Assembly (NCBI GenBank): GCA_030264375.1
Contig: JASCQW010000061.1
Coordinates: 77,382,239-77,446,238, forward strand
Direction: 5' to 3'
Source: Carcharhinus longimanus
Taxonomy: Eukaryota
Length of the DNA: 64,000 nucleotides
In this document: one piece after another, positions 26,501 through 38,126 of the stretch
How positions within the stretch are numbered: the stretch's first letter is position 1
How the letters are laid out: each line of letters begins with the position of its first letter
The notes under the pieces: generated by a model
Told to the model about the DNA's origin: nothing
Databases searched by the model: none
The model's input: the letters and a program-made list of their open reading frames with translations, nothing else
Position numbers and translations under genes: made by a program

Positions 26501-26930
26501 ATTAGAAGTTATCTGGCTGGGAAAGGAAAATGAAACACGCCATCAGGAGCAGGGGATAGTTTTAGACTGGTTTGGGAGAACAAAGTGACAACTTAAGGAC
26601 CAGAATAAAGTATAATCATGGCATCGAAATTTTAGTTGTTTTGTAGGTAAATGGGGGAAACCTTTCTGTAGCTTAGGTTATAAATGTCCAACTGAATAGT
26701 TTAATAATGTTGCTTTGAAATTGTTCATTACAGTGAAGTCTTAAAGCCAGAAATCTTGTGTGTTCCTTCCAGTCAATCACTGGAAACTCAAGTATCTTTT
26801 TACAAGTTATCGTCCTCTATGGGAATCACCGCAGATGCCACAGACTAAGTAAATCTGATAAAATTGTATATAACATACTTCATGCAGAATAATAGTAATG
26901 CAGTATGTTTCAAATAAAAATGTTGAATAC

Positions 26931-27045
26931 CATGTTTAGGCAACTTGGAATCTGGGTCAGAAAGTCGAATGTTTCTGAAGCTGCTGTGATTAGTCAGCGC
27001 TGCAGACATTTTGGTCTTCATTTTTCCATCTTCTTGCACTTCTTC
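26931..27045 (-). CDS. L3MBTL4: L3MBTL linker exon: EEVQEDGKMKTKMSAALTNHSSFRNIRLSDPDSKLPKH
   Basis: Acceptor tgttgtag|GAA, donor G|gtattc; 115 nt, phase 0 to 1, exactly bridges the flanking exons; weak sequence homology only. Confidence 0.72.
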
Positions 27046-29409
27046 CTACAACATAATCATGTTAATAATGTTCCACTCATGAAATGCTACTTAAAGGAAA
27101 GAATCAGGCTGTCTTTTAAAAAGTTGCATTTTGTACCTTTCTTTTAACATCACATGAAGTTTCTGTGGCTGCATAAGATGATCCCTTCTGCACTCAATCA
27201 AAAATTAACACTCTGGGTACACCAGATGCATTTGCAATTTGCACCACAGTGATGTGTTTTTGTTACCACATAATAACTTACTTTGTTCCAAATTAAGATG
27301 ACCCACTAGGGCTTTTGATTTCAATAATGCTGTTCTACCAATCATATTAATTTAATAAGACCACCATTTTTCTACCAAATATTAATGTTGCACTAAATAA
27401 ATCAATTATTTGCAGAAATATGCAACATTGAGCATGAGAGTTTTCAACACGGCATTTCTTGAATAAATGAGAAAAATATTGTCAGTCTGAAATCTGTTAA
27501 TTCTTTACCAGAGCCCTTAGAAAGCTGATCTACATCATTCCTAATGCAGTCTGCAGTAATTATTTGCAACACAATATTAAGTTTAACTTAAAATTGTTCA
27601 TTGCAAACACAGGTACAGTTTTTACATTTGTCTGATATTAAATTTGATTTTTCAAAGCCCTGCTTGTTTTATAGATTTTATTACTAATGTAGATCTGCTT
27701 TTCTTTACTGAAAGTTTCATTTTAGGGGTTTCTTTGTTTCAATTAAATTGCAGAACATATTCCATTATTCATATTTATTCATCTTTATATGATCTTATTT
27801 CTCAAGCATCACAAACATTCCATATAATTCTCAGCTACAAGACTTGTTTTTCACATGACCAGCTGACATAGATTCATCAATTTTAGATGTTAAAAGATCT
27901 ATGTACTGATTTCTCATCATTTTTGATGCAGTCTTTGTTACAGCACCCAGGACTCTCATCCTCCCTCTCATTGCTTTCTTCTTCTACCAGACATCAAAGC
28001 AATGTCACACACCCACAAACGATGGCTTAGTGCAGAGCAAAATTGGTACATAGCACAAATGACAGGAGAGTGATGGAGTTTTGATGAGAGTTGTGTTCTC
28101 AAGTGCAGAAATTGCCTTTCTTTGTTTGAGGAACCATGCTAACAACACCTTGTAAGGTCTAGCAACTAAAAGAAAAATGTTTACAAATAATATAAACAAC
28201 ATTCAGTCTCTCAATGATATATCCAAGCATGGCAGATGGCAGTTCTGATTGTGGAGTCCACTGCCAGCATCTGCAGCACAACATGCGATTGACCGAGACT
28301 TTCAATATGAACTATAACCAGAGAAGTTTCAGTCACCATGTCGCTGGGGAGTTTCAAATGGTTAGGCCTGTTGCCCTTCATCTGTAAGGCAAAGAATCTT
28401 TCTAACAGCAAGATTGAGAAGTGCACAGCAATCCATGACGATTTGGAAAACTTTCAGTCTGTTCCAAAGCACGCCGCAATGGAACGAATAAATAAATAAT
28501 AAACCTAACCATTTATTTTGCAGTGGGATCAAAAGCTGAAACATTTACTCTGTATTTGTGTGAAAGAAATGTTTCTACTTATACCCCGTGCAAATATAAA
28601 ATGCAGTTTTCACCAACAGGTAACTTCTTTCAAAGCAAAAGTACCATTATAGATCCCTGATCTACCACTAATGTTTGGGTTAGTAGTGTGCTTTAGTTGT
28701 CTAAGAAAATCAATTACAAGAACGGCAATAGATGCAAAGCAACTATGTTGGGCACACTCAGAAAATGTGGGGTCTCAGTAGTGAGAGATTGCAGTGTTTC
28801 TGTGTTGTATAATCAATGCGAGCTTTGCTTCTTACTTGACTCAAAAGCATTGTTTAGCAATCATGCGATACTGAGTTTGTACAGTTGACCTGTAAATCAT
28901 ACTTATGCTGTGGTTATCTATCTCAGGAACTCTCAGTCCTGGCCAAGCATTGCACCATCTGGTGGGGTAGATTTTCTGTTTCATTTCGCCTTGTTACTCA
29001 GTTCTCAAGTGCGGTGAATAAGAAGTTGGACAGGGAAAGGAAGCAACATATATCTTTGGAGATATCAAAATGATTGGGAATAGACCCTCATCTGTCATTG
29101 ATACAGAACCAAGGTCCAGTTGAAATAATATCCTTCTGGCGCCATCTTACTTTTGTTTGAGTGAAGGACTTGAGTCAAAAGAGTTTTATGGTTGCCTGGA
29201 TGTTATGGGTTAGAGTGTGACCAGATTTATATTACACATTTTGCATTGGTGAAAAGCAGTTTCCACTTCCTGCCAACATCAAAATTGTAATTTAAAAACA
29301 AGATGGGAAGCAGCCTGTGGCAAAATTAAAACTTTAAATTGGATTGAATATCACTTCTTAAAAATTTATCTCCGTGTAATAAGGTAAGTATCTGCAGACA
29401 TGAACAAAC

Positions 29410-29551
29410 CATGTGGCCATCTCCAAAATCTTCATCAGAGTCTTCCTTTAGGTTCACACTCACTTTCCTCTTTCGCTTTTTGACACACTTCAGTATTCCA
29501 GCATTTTGCTTCACTGGTGCATAGTCCACAATGGATTGTCTGTTGAAGAAT
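29410..29551 (-). CDS. L3MBTL4: L3MBTL exon with basic NLS-like and acidic stretch: FFNRQSIVDYAPVKQNAGILKCVKKRKRKVSVNLKEDSDEDFGDGHM; the exon may instead start at 29539
   Basis: Phase 2 to 0 fits both neighbouring exons; donor ATG|gtttgt; two in-frame acceptors (aag|29551, cag|29539); parallels KCSRKKKPKLSLK...DEM of L3MBTL3. Confidence 0.78.
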
Positions 29552-32111
29552 CTTACATTGAAATATGACTTAGATATCCAAGCTCACAAAACATTACCCA
29601 CAAGTTGAAATATTTTTGTAAAGGTTACAATTATTTAATATTGTCACCTTTGGCCCAGTCTCGGGTTCTTACATGAGTTTCTATAAAAGGACACCACTGA
29701 AAACAAAGGAAAACAGACTATAGAGAAATTAAGAAAACCCTCGATTCATAAACTGCCAAGTTCTGCATTTAAATATATTATATATTATATTTGTAAAAGA
29801 AATTTTGCATTCTGCTTTTTTCTTCATATTTCACAAAAAAACTACACGTCAGAATCATTTCTGGTAGTGAAATCTGGATATCACCTCATTCATGACAAAT
29901 AGCTGGGTTAGTATTGTGCTTTATGCCATTTTAGAATGTGAAATAATTAAAATCAAATCAAAATAACCCCATCTAATGTAAAATATCTTGACCTGTTACT
30001 AACTACCATGATCATAATATGATATAATGTCTTGCAGCAAGAATTACTTGGTGTCCTGCCCTGAGGTACTCAATGGACATTCTTCACAGAAAAAGATGTG
30101 CCTTAGCTGAGGGGGATGGTTGGACCTAAACATACTGCAGGTATAGGCCCAGCTTCCCTCCATTACTGTTGAATGCCCCAGAAATCCTGGGAAACAATAA
30201 AGCTGAAAACTTAAAGGAATCATATAACAGGACAATACTATTGACCTTAAAGTAGGTAGAGGAGCAGAGCAAATAAATGCGAATATAAAGTGAAATGGTG
30301 TAGGAATAAGATAAGGAGAGGACAGACTATGAAGCTTCTCTTTTTGTTCTAAGAAATTTGGAAATTTACCCTAATTAGTCACCAAACACTTCAAATTTAA
30401 AATTCTCATCCCTGAATTTAAATATGTTCATTGCCTTGTCCCTTTTTATTTCTTTACAAAAATATTCCAAACTCCACCACTCTGAGAGTCTGTTCCTTTG
30501 ACATTGGTTTAAAAAAAAGTAACTCACTGTGAGAAAGTGGAAGAATGTGCAGATTAGCCTTAAAGGAAGTTCATTACTAAAGTTCAACAGGGCGGGTTCT
30601 TCACCAGCAAAATAAGAACAGGTGAAGTGTTTAAGAGGAGTTTAATAATTGTGAGAGATAAGTGCCAGTGGGGAGTTTAAGCTAAAACAGGACTTCAGTT
30701 TAATACCTCCATCTGAAAAATGGCATCTACAACAGTACAACATTCTCTTGGAGCTTCAATGAGCTTGCCCTGGCAAATAAGACTATCAGCTCTCTCAAGT
30801 TTGGAGTGTCCAAAAACCCAACCTGGAAGTGAGAATGTCATTTTCACCTATGGGACTAGAGCATAGTCAATCTGTGACTCTTGTTCAAGAAGAGAGATAG
30901 TTAAAACATGTATCATTAGTTGTGGGCAAATATTTAGAATCTAAATTTCATGATAAAATCAGTGAGCATTTAGAAATGCACGAGTTAACCAAGATTGGCC
31001 AGGATGCCATTCTCACTGCCAAAACCACAACTTGCGAGTGTTGCCAGTAAATTTCAATATTAAACGGATCATTGATACATAGCAAGAATAAACGTCAACT
31101 CAGCATTGGCTCCTGGGGTACTAGACATGTAATACTTGTCCATTCCAATCAATGCCAATGTACCCTAACTTCTTGTTTTCTTTCTATCTACCACCTTTCT
31201 GTCGATATTACTAAATTTTCTCCTGTAAAATGCACTTGAACATTCTTAAAACATATTGTCAAAGAGGCTCTGAAAATTAATGTACAACACATCTACTGAA
31301 ATCCCATCGTCTATCTGCTGTATTCAGCCCATGCAACCCCTGCCTCCAGAGGCAAATAAGATAGCAAGTGGGCCGGGCAAAACTGTCACTGCAGCATTAT
31401 GTGCGGTGAATGCAATTTGCACGGCCATCTCACTATCCAGCACATCGAGGCAAGGATCACCTGACCCCAAGAATATCTCAGAGAGTTCTGTGAAAGATCA
31501 TCGACCTAAAACATTAATTTTGTCGCTTTTTTATAGATGCTGCCAGAACTCCTGAGCATTTGCAGCATTTTCTGTTTTTATTTCAAGCAGCCAGAGGACC
31601 TGGCAGCCACACTTCACAGTGTTCAAGCTGTGTTTCCAGGGTTTCTGTATCTCTTCTGCCCATGTTACAGCAGAGAAGTGGGACAGCCCCTGAGAAAATT
31701 CACCCTCAGGTTAGGCTGGCAATGAGCACTTATAGTGTGATGAATCAGGTTTGATTTATAAACTTTATAAACCATGTAAAATGCATTGATTTCTGCATCT
31801 GAATTTTTGATATGTGCTCTCCCCACATTAAAGTTTGCCCTAGAAGCACTAATTCACAATATTTACTTCAATATTTGAAGTATGGTCACACCACTTCTTC
31901 AGCATTTCACGTTTACTTCCTCAGAATTGTGCTCTATGGACCTAATTACTTGGTTACTTGGCTTGAAGCTGCCATTATACCGTGTGGTGACAGTTTTGGT
32001 CTTTAAAATGCTGTTCCCAAGTAACAGGCCTGCAATAAAAACAGAAAGCTGTTTTTGTTGCTATTAGGTTTTGCTAAGTCTCTTGAAGTAACTTTTTTAA
32101 CTGCTACTTAC

Positions 32112-32262
32112 TTATCTTTGTATTGCTGCTGACAGTTTGTGCCACAGAAACAATCACATTGATTGAACTCCTCCATTGCCCCATACCTTCCACAGTTTTC
32201 ACAGCAGCAGCTGCCTTCCATGTGGGACAAGTCATTTGTGCAACCACCTTCAGTAATGCCTT
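32112..32262 (-). CDS. L3MBTL4: L3MBTL exon with FCS-like Cys4 finger: (E)GITEGGCTNDLSHMEGSCCCENCGRYGAMEEFNQCDCFCGTNCQQQYKD(K)
   Basis: Acceptor cataacag|AA, donor AA|gtaagt; 151 nt, phase 1 to 2; CENC..YG...C..NC....KDK pattern as in human L3MBTL3. Confidence 0.88.
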
Positions 32263-32396
32263 CTGTTATGACACACAATAAAGAAAGTGAGCAATTTAAT
32301 ATGTAATGGAAATACAATAGGCACACTTCATCACTGCATTCATACCTTCACCCACATCACTCATCATTACCAAGCTCCTCTGAATTAATTTTAAGA

Positions 32397-32777
32397 TAGA
32401 GTCATAGAGATATACAGCGCAAAAACAGGCCCTTCAGCCCAACTCATCCATGTCAACCAGGTTTCCTGAACTAATCTAGTCCCATTTGCCTGCATTTGGC
32501 CCATAACCCTCTAAACTTTTCCTATCTATGTACTGTACAAATGTCTTTTAAATGTTGTAATTGTCGCCATGTCTATGACCTCTGCTGGCAGCTCATTCCA
32601 TGCACACCCCACTCCCTGTGTGAAAAAGTTGCCCTTCAGGTCACTTTTAAATCTTTCCTCTCTCACCTTAAACCTATACCCTCTAGTTTTGGACACCCCT
32701 AAGACCTTTGTCCTCCATGGCTTTGTCCAGGGGCTCAATGAGCCAAATGGCCTCCTTCTGCACTGATTTTATGATTC
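32397..32777 (-). mobile_element. CR1/HER1 3' end fused to an oppositely oriented tail fragment
   Basis: Track ORF 32526..32738 SKTRGYRFKVREERFKSDLKGNFFTQ...WNELP is the CR1 ORF2 C-terminus. Confidence 0.85.
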
Positions 32778-34592
32778 GATATGTCACAGCATATGCTGCC
32801 TGCTCTGCCGACACTGGCCCACCTTTTACCCCTGTTCATTCCTTTCACTATACCTCACAAAGTCTTCAGTCCATTTCCACTCTTTAGAAGCCCAGTTAAG
32901 ATAACTTTCCTTCATTGCCCACCACAACTCTAATTCATTTCTTTCTCCCCCTACTTGGTGACACTGTCCAACCATCATTCTACAAACCATTTTGATAATC
33001 CTGTGCACAAGGACTGGAATAAAAGTGCACACTTCTTTCATTCATACATTAGCAAAATAGGTGCTCTTCTCAACCGACATTACAAAAGCTTAATATTGGG
33101 TCATGTGTTTCATTGCTATAAATAAATTATTTTATGCAAATTGGTTGCTATGCTTCCCTACATTGTAACAATGACACATCAAAAGCATTCTATTCCTTGT
33201 TAAATACTTTGGGATTTCTGAAATTGAAAGATGCTACACAAATGCAAGTTCTTTGTTTCTTTCTTCAGTCTTATTCTTTCCCAGAACCTTAAAACTCTTT
33301 TTGTCTCACCTCACCAAGTTTTTAAACTCATCGCAGCATTAATTAAATGTATAACTTAATTCATTATATCATTTAAAGATTTGTGATACTGCTTTAGTTT
33401 GGTGCTTTATTTTTACAATAAGTTAGAAAAAACTAGATTTTAAAGGCTAGAATTCTGTCAGAAATGTACATAATTCTCCAATTGACAAAGTGAAGGATTA
33501 TTTTAAATTACTTCCTTTGGAATAATTAATTAAACACTGCATATTTGGCCATAAATGTATTCCTTGCTACCTTTCACTTGGAAATATATCTTTATTTATA
33601 TAACAGAGATGGCCCATGAGTGTTGACCATGAGAATCCTTGATTGCCCACACAGAGAAACAATGAGGAAGCTCCTTTTGTGGCTCTGTCTTCATGATTTT
33701 TATGCTCTATGCATCACCAAGAACGTGGTCACAGAGTTCTGCTAAAGGCACTATGGAATACTCAACCAGCTTCCAGGAATCCTATTTCTAATTCATCTTC
33801 CTTCCTTTGAAAATTACCCACACCTGCTATCACAGACTTCATGCAGCAGAAACCTGTTGCATGAAGTTCTCAAGCAATAATCTATTTTATGTTCTGTCCT
33901 TCCTCGCTAGGCTTAGAGATTTAGCTAAGGCTGGTGGGAATCAAGGTTCCTCTGTTTAACCACAAGATTTTACGTGAAACATTTTTGGCTAATTTCAACC
34001 CATTAATATTTGAGGTGCCAATTCACACCAAGCATTGCCCACATTTTCAACATTAAACTTGTTAAAAGGCTGACTGGAATAATTGGTGATGTAAGGGACT
34101 GGGAATAAGCAAGGTAATTGGGGCAGAAAATTTTACTGTGCATTTGGCCATGGTATAACTGATCGGGCAATGCTGTGGTTCAACTGACCTGGCAATGCTT
34201 GATGTCAACACTGGGCATCAAAAGTAGGAAATGTTTCATTTTCCAGCACTAGTTATGGTTTTGGGCATGCACTTCCACCATGCAGAATATTTACACTGGC
34301 TATAAGTGATGAGATCCAATACGGTCCAGAAATTGGGCATCAGGCTTCATTAAACCAAGACAGAAAAGAGGATGGGGCCAGGACAACAGCGATCTCGGGA
34401 CCAGGAGTGATAATGATCTGGATAATACCCTTCTGTAATGCCTGAACAGGTAGGCCAAAGACCATCTTGAAATTGGAGTTTGGGCACCACCTAAAACTTC
34501 TGACATCTTCTTCAGGGTTCAATTTTATGCTGGCAATATCCTTCAGGTAAGTTTTAGGGTGGGTGTTAAAGCAGACAAGAGTAAGGTGGCAA

Positions 34593-34858
34593 TCACTCAC
34601 CTTACGGAGCAGCTACTGCGGGTCTGTGATAGGTATGTCCCTGTCAGGCAAGGAGGAATTGGTAGGGCTAGGGAACCGTGGTNNNNNNNNNNNNNNNNNN
34701 NNNNNNNNNNNNNNNNNNNNNNNNNNNNNNNNNNNNNNNNNNNNNNNNNNNNNNNNNNNNNNNNNNNNNNNNNNNNNNNNNNGACTGGTCGGCGCAACAT
34801 TGTGGGCCGAAGGGCCTGTTCCGCGCTGTATGTTCTATGTTCTATGTTCTATGTTCTA
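34593..34858 (+). mobile_element. CR1 LINE spanning a 100-N gap, with (TATGTTC)n tail
   Basis: EQLLRVCDRYVPVRQGG..RAREPW before the gap; CR1 3' UTR and microsatellite tail after it. Confidence 0.85.
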
Positions 34859-35966
34859 ATCACTGGGACTGTGGAGTCAGACAGAGCAATCCAATTCCTC
34901 TTAGTTTCACTTTTTGGAAGAATAAACATATAATTCAAACTACATCAAAGAATCCTGGAGTCGGCAAACCTAATGCCTGCCCCCTCTTTGCTGACTGATT
35001 TTGTAAAAGACTCCTTGACATTAGACCTCCAATGTCTATTTCAGACATCCATCCAGGATAACCCAAAAACTGATCCCTGTAACTTCCATTTGCTGTGTGA
35101 GGCCAGCTTGCTGCACTGTGCAGTCCCTATAAAATTGACAAGGAGCTATGCGCAAACACATCTGAGAGGAAATGTTTGTGTGTGGCCAGTTTATTCCCTG
35201 CACCATATTATCCCAATTGCTGCGCAGCTGTACACCCATGTAGCTCAGAGGGAAAGTGAGGCCAATGCCTGTGCAACTTCAGTGTAGGCTACCTCACGGC
35301 TAATTTGCTGTGTTTTGTGAGCATTTTACTGCCAAAAAATGTACAAAATGCATTAAAATTTCTACCAAAGTATTTTTATTAATTATTGTAATCACAACAA
35401 CCTAAGCTAATGCTGTTAAAGAAATCTAGTCCCTGTCTCAGTACCCACCTCAGCTTCGTGCTGGTATAACATTGCAAGTATAAATGCAGACTTGAAGAAA
35501 ATATCAATTACCATTTATAAATTCACGCAGTTTCTTACAGAATGGATACTGCCATTACATGGACATTGTTTTTGAATAATGCAAGGCAACATCATTTATA
35601 ACACTGACAGTACTCTCTGCGCTAATAGCAAATACATATTCAGATTAATAAATCTCATGAGTTGTACCATGACATGCACAATATGGTTTGGATTTAGGAA
35701 CTGGAACCTTCCAGCCGTTTACGCCAGCGTGAATTTCTGGTCCTTCTGCAATGAATGAAGACTTGGCCGAACACTGAGTTCTCTAACCTTGTATGCAGCA
35801 GTAGTGAGAAATGAATGACCATAAGATTACGCCCTATTTATTAAACCCAGATCTTTTTCAATCTTTGGTCCATGCAATGTTATCTAACCTCTAACAGCAT
35901 AGGAGACATATGAATGAGAGTGGGAAAAACAATTAGCGTGGAGACTCCTGTTGGGAGGTATTGCCT

Positions 35967-36500
35967 TGTTATGTATGTGGTGTCTATCTTTTTAACAGTA
36001 GGGACTGATGGAAATTGAGAGTGAGTGATTACATCAGAGGATGTCCTCTCATAGAATCAGAGAATCCCTACAGTGCAGAAGGCGGCCATTCGGCCCATCA
36101 AACCTACACCGACAACAATCCCACCCAGGCCCTATCCTTCCCATATGTTTAACCTCTTAATCCCCTGACACTAACCTACACATCTTTGGACTGTGGGAGG
36201 AAACCAATGCAGGCACAGGGAGAATGTGAAAACTCCACACAGACAGTGACTCAAGCTGGAATTTGAACCTGGATCCCTGGCGCTGTGAGATAGCAGTGCT
36301 AACCACTGTACTTGCCCCAAAAGTTTCTCAGGGAGAATCTTTTAGCAGCAATGTTGTAAGCACATAAAGACTTGAGTTCTGCTCCAGCGCAGCCCAGAGC
36401 TGCAAACCTCCTGAACCTAAATTTCTCTTATGAATAAATACCTTTTGTTCTTAATAAAGCCTCAAATCTCTTGACACAACATAAGAGCCACAACATAACA
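35967..36500 (+). repeat. 5' LTR, interrupted by a SINE at about 36049-36310
   Basis: Starts TGTTATGT, ends ACATAACA; shares gaatctt..agcagc.atgt.gtaagca.ataaaga and taaatttctcttat.aataaat.cctt with 42732-42973. Confidence 0.82.
36049..36310 (-). mobile_element. HE1-like SINE inserted in the 5' LTR
   Basis: Reverse complement of the HE1 head (cagtgctaaccactgt) and tail (agaatccctacagtgcagaagg). Confidence 0.85.
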
Positions 36501-38126
36501 TAGTGGCAACGAGATGGAATCAATTGAATGGCAAAGCCTACCTGTGAGTATCTGGTTTAACTGAAGTTGGAAAAGAGGAACACCTCTTGGGCGAATGAAC
36601 TCAGTGAGAGTTGTTGAGCTAGTGCCAGACTCTGAGGGGCAGTTGAAGTACTGAATCTGGTGTAGCCAATGAGTAAAGAGATTTAGAAAAATAAGAAAAA
36701 TTAAAACGAAGAGCGATTAGCCTTCGGGAGCAAGGAAAATGAAACTTGAGTAAGAAGCAGAAAAGGACAATAAAAGGAAATAAAACTAAAATGTACTCTC
36801 CTTGCCCCCAAACTGCAGAAAGTGAATAACTGAGATTTGCCAGAATCCGCAGGATGTCTGGGTAAAGATCCCTGCACTGAGAGGCTACAGGCAGTGAAGT
36901 CTTAATGTTTTTAGATGAGGAGAAGTCCTCAACTTGCTAAAGAAAAAGAAGTTAAGTTAAAAGAATATAATGGTCTTGAAATGACAGCTATTTCTCTGAG
37001 TGAAAAAACAAAAAGAACGGCACACTTAGAGGAAAAAACAAACTCCCTAGCCAGCTAGGAAAATGAAAAAAAGGCAGAAAAATAAGAAAAAGTCTTCTAC
37101 CAAGAAAAAGAGGCAAAAGTTTTAAACAGGGTCTGAAAAGGAGGAGCTGGAATTTCCACCAAAACTGCAAAAACGCAGGAAAAGCACTGAGAAAGAGAAA
37201 CATTAGCTGTGGCAGTTTAATAAAAAAAGACAGTCTTAAAATTATATTGCAATTAAAGTTATATTGCAATTAAAGTTCTACAACAATTGATGCAACAACT
37301 ATAAGGAACAAGGGACAAGAAAAAAGATAGAGAGCAACTCTGAAAAGATAGGGCAACTCTAAAGAAAAAAAAAGGGCCATAAGCAATGCAAGACTCCAAA
37401 GAAGGAAACTAAGACCTCAAAAAAGAAGCAATGTTGGAGATCAGGGGAGGTAATAAGCCCTCAAGCAAGAGGCAGTGAAAGATCCCAGGGAGGCAGCAAA
37501 AGACCCCAGGAAGAGGGCAGCAAAAGACTTTGAATGATTAAGTGAAGAGTTGAAAGCAAAAATGAATTGTATCCCATCCTTTTGTATTAAAGTGAGAAGT
37601 TCCTTGAAGTTGTAGCAATGAACTACAAGCAAACAATAAAGCTGTAGTATGTCTGAAAGTAAGACAAGCCACAGAAAAAAAACAAAAGTGAAGGAAAAAA
37701 AGAGTTAATAAACTTCACCCAAACCAACAGCAGATAGAAATGAGTTAAAGGTTTGTGACTCTACTTTAAATGAGAAACAGTCCAGTGATATCAGAGCTAA
37801 GGAAAAAAACACTATCACTATGAAAAAGCTAGAAGTACTTAGGAAATCTTTTAGGGCCAAAAGGAAGAGTACAACATTCACAGTGGTCAAGGAGTTAGAT
37901 GTGAATAAAAAGTAAAACAGGCCGAGAGAATAAGCACTAGCAGAACTCAGCAACAGAGGTCATAGCATGGAATTCAAGAAGAATCAAGAAATCCCACGTA
38001 ATGGATGCTGTCAGTTTCATGATTGGTGGGAGAACTGCTCGCCTCAGAGTGAAGCTAATCAAGGATTTGATCCATGGTGCTCACGTAGGACATCCTGTAT
38101 CAACTGCTGCCAAGAGTAACACAGCG

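Noticed and set aside
34340-34600. Possible extra minus-strand L3MBTL exon
   Set aside because: No recognisable homology or convincing phase-compatible splice pair; the gene model is in frame without it
37241-37279. Short tandem duplications here and at about 1258-1300
   Set aside because: Ordinary slippage products in A-rich sequence
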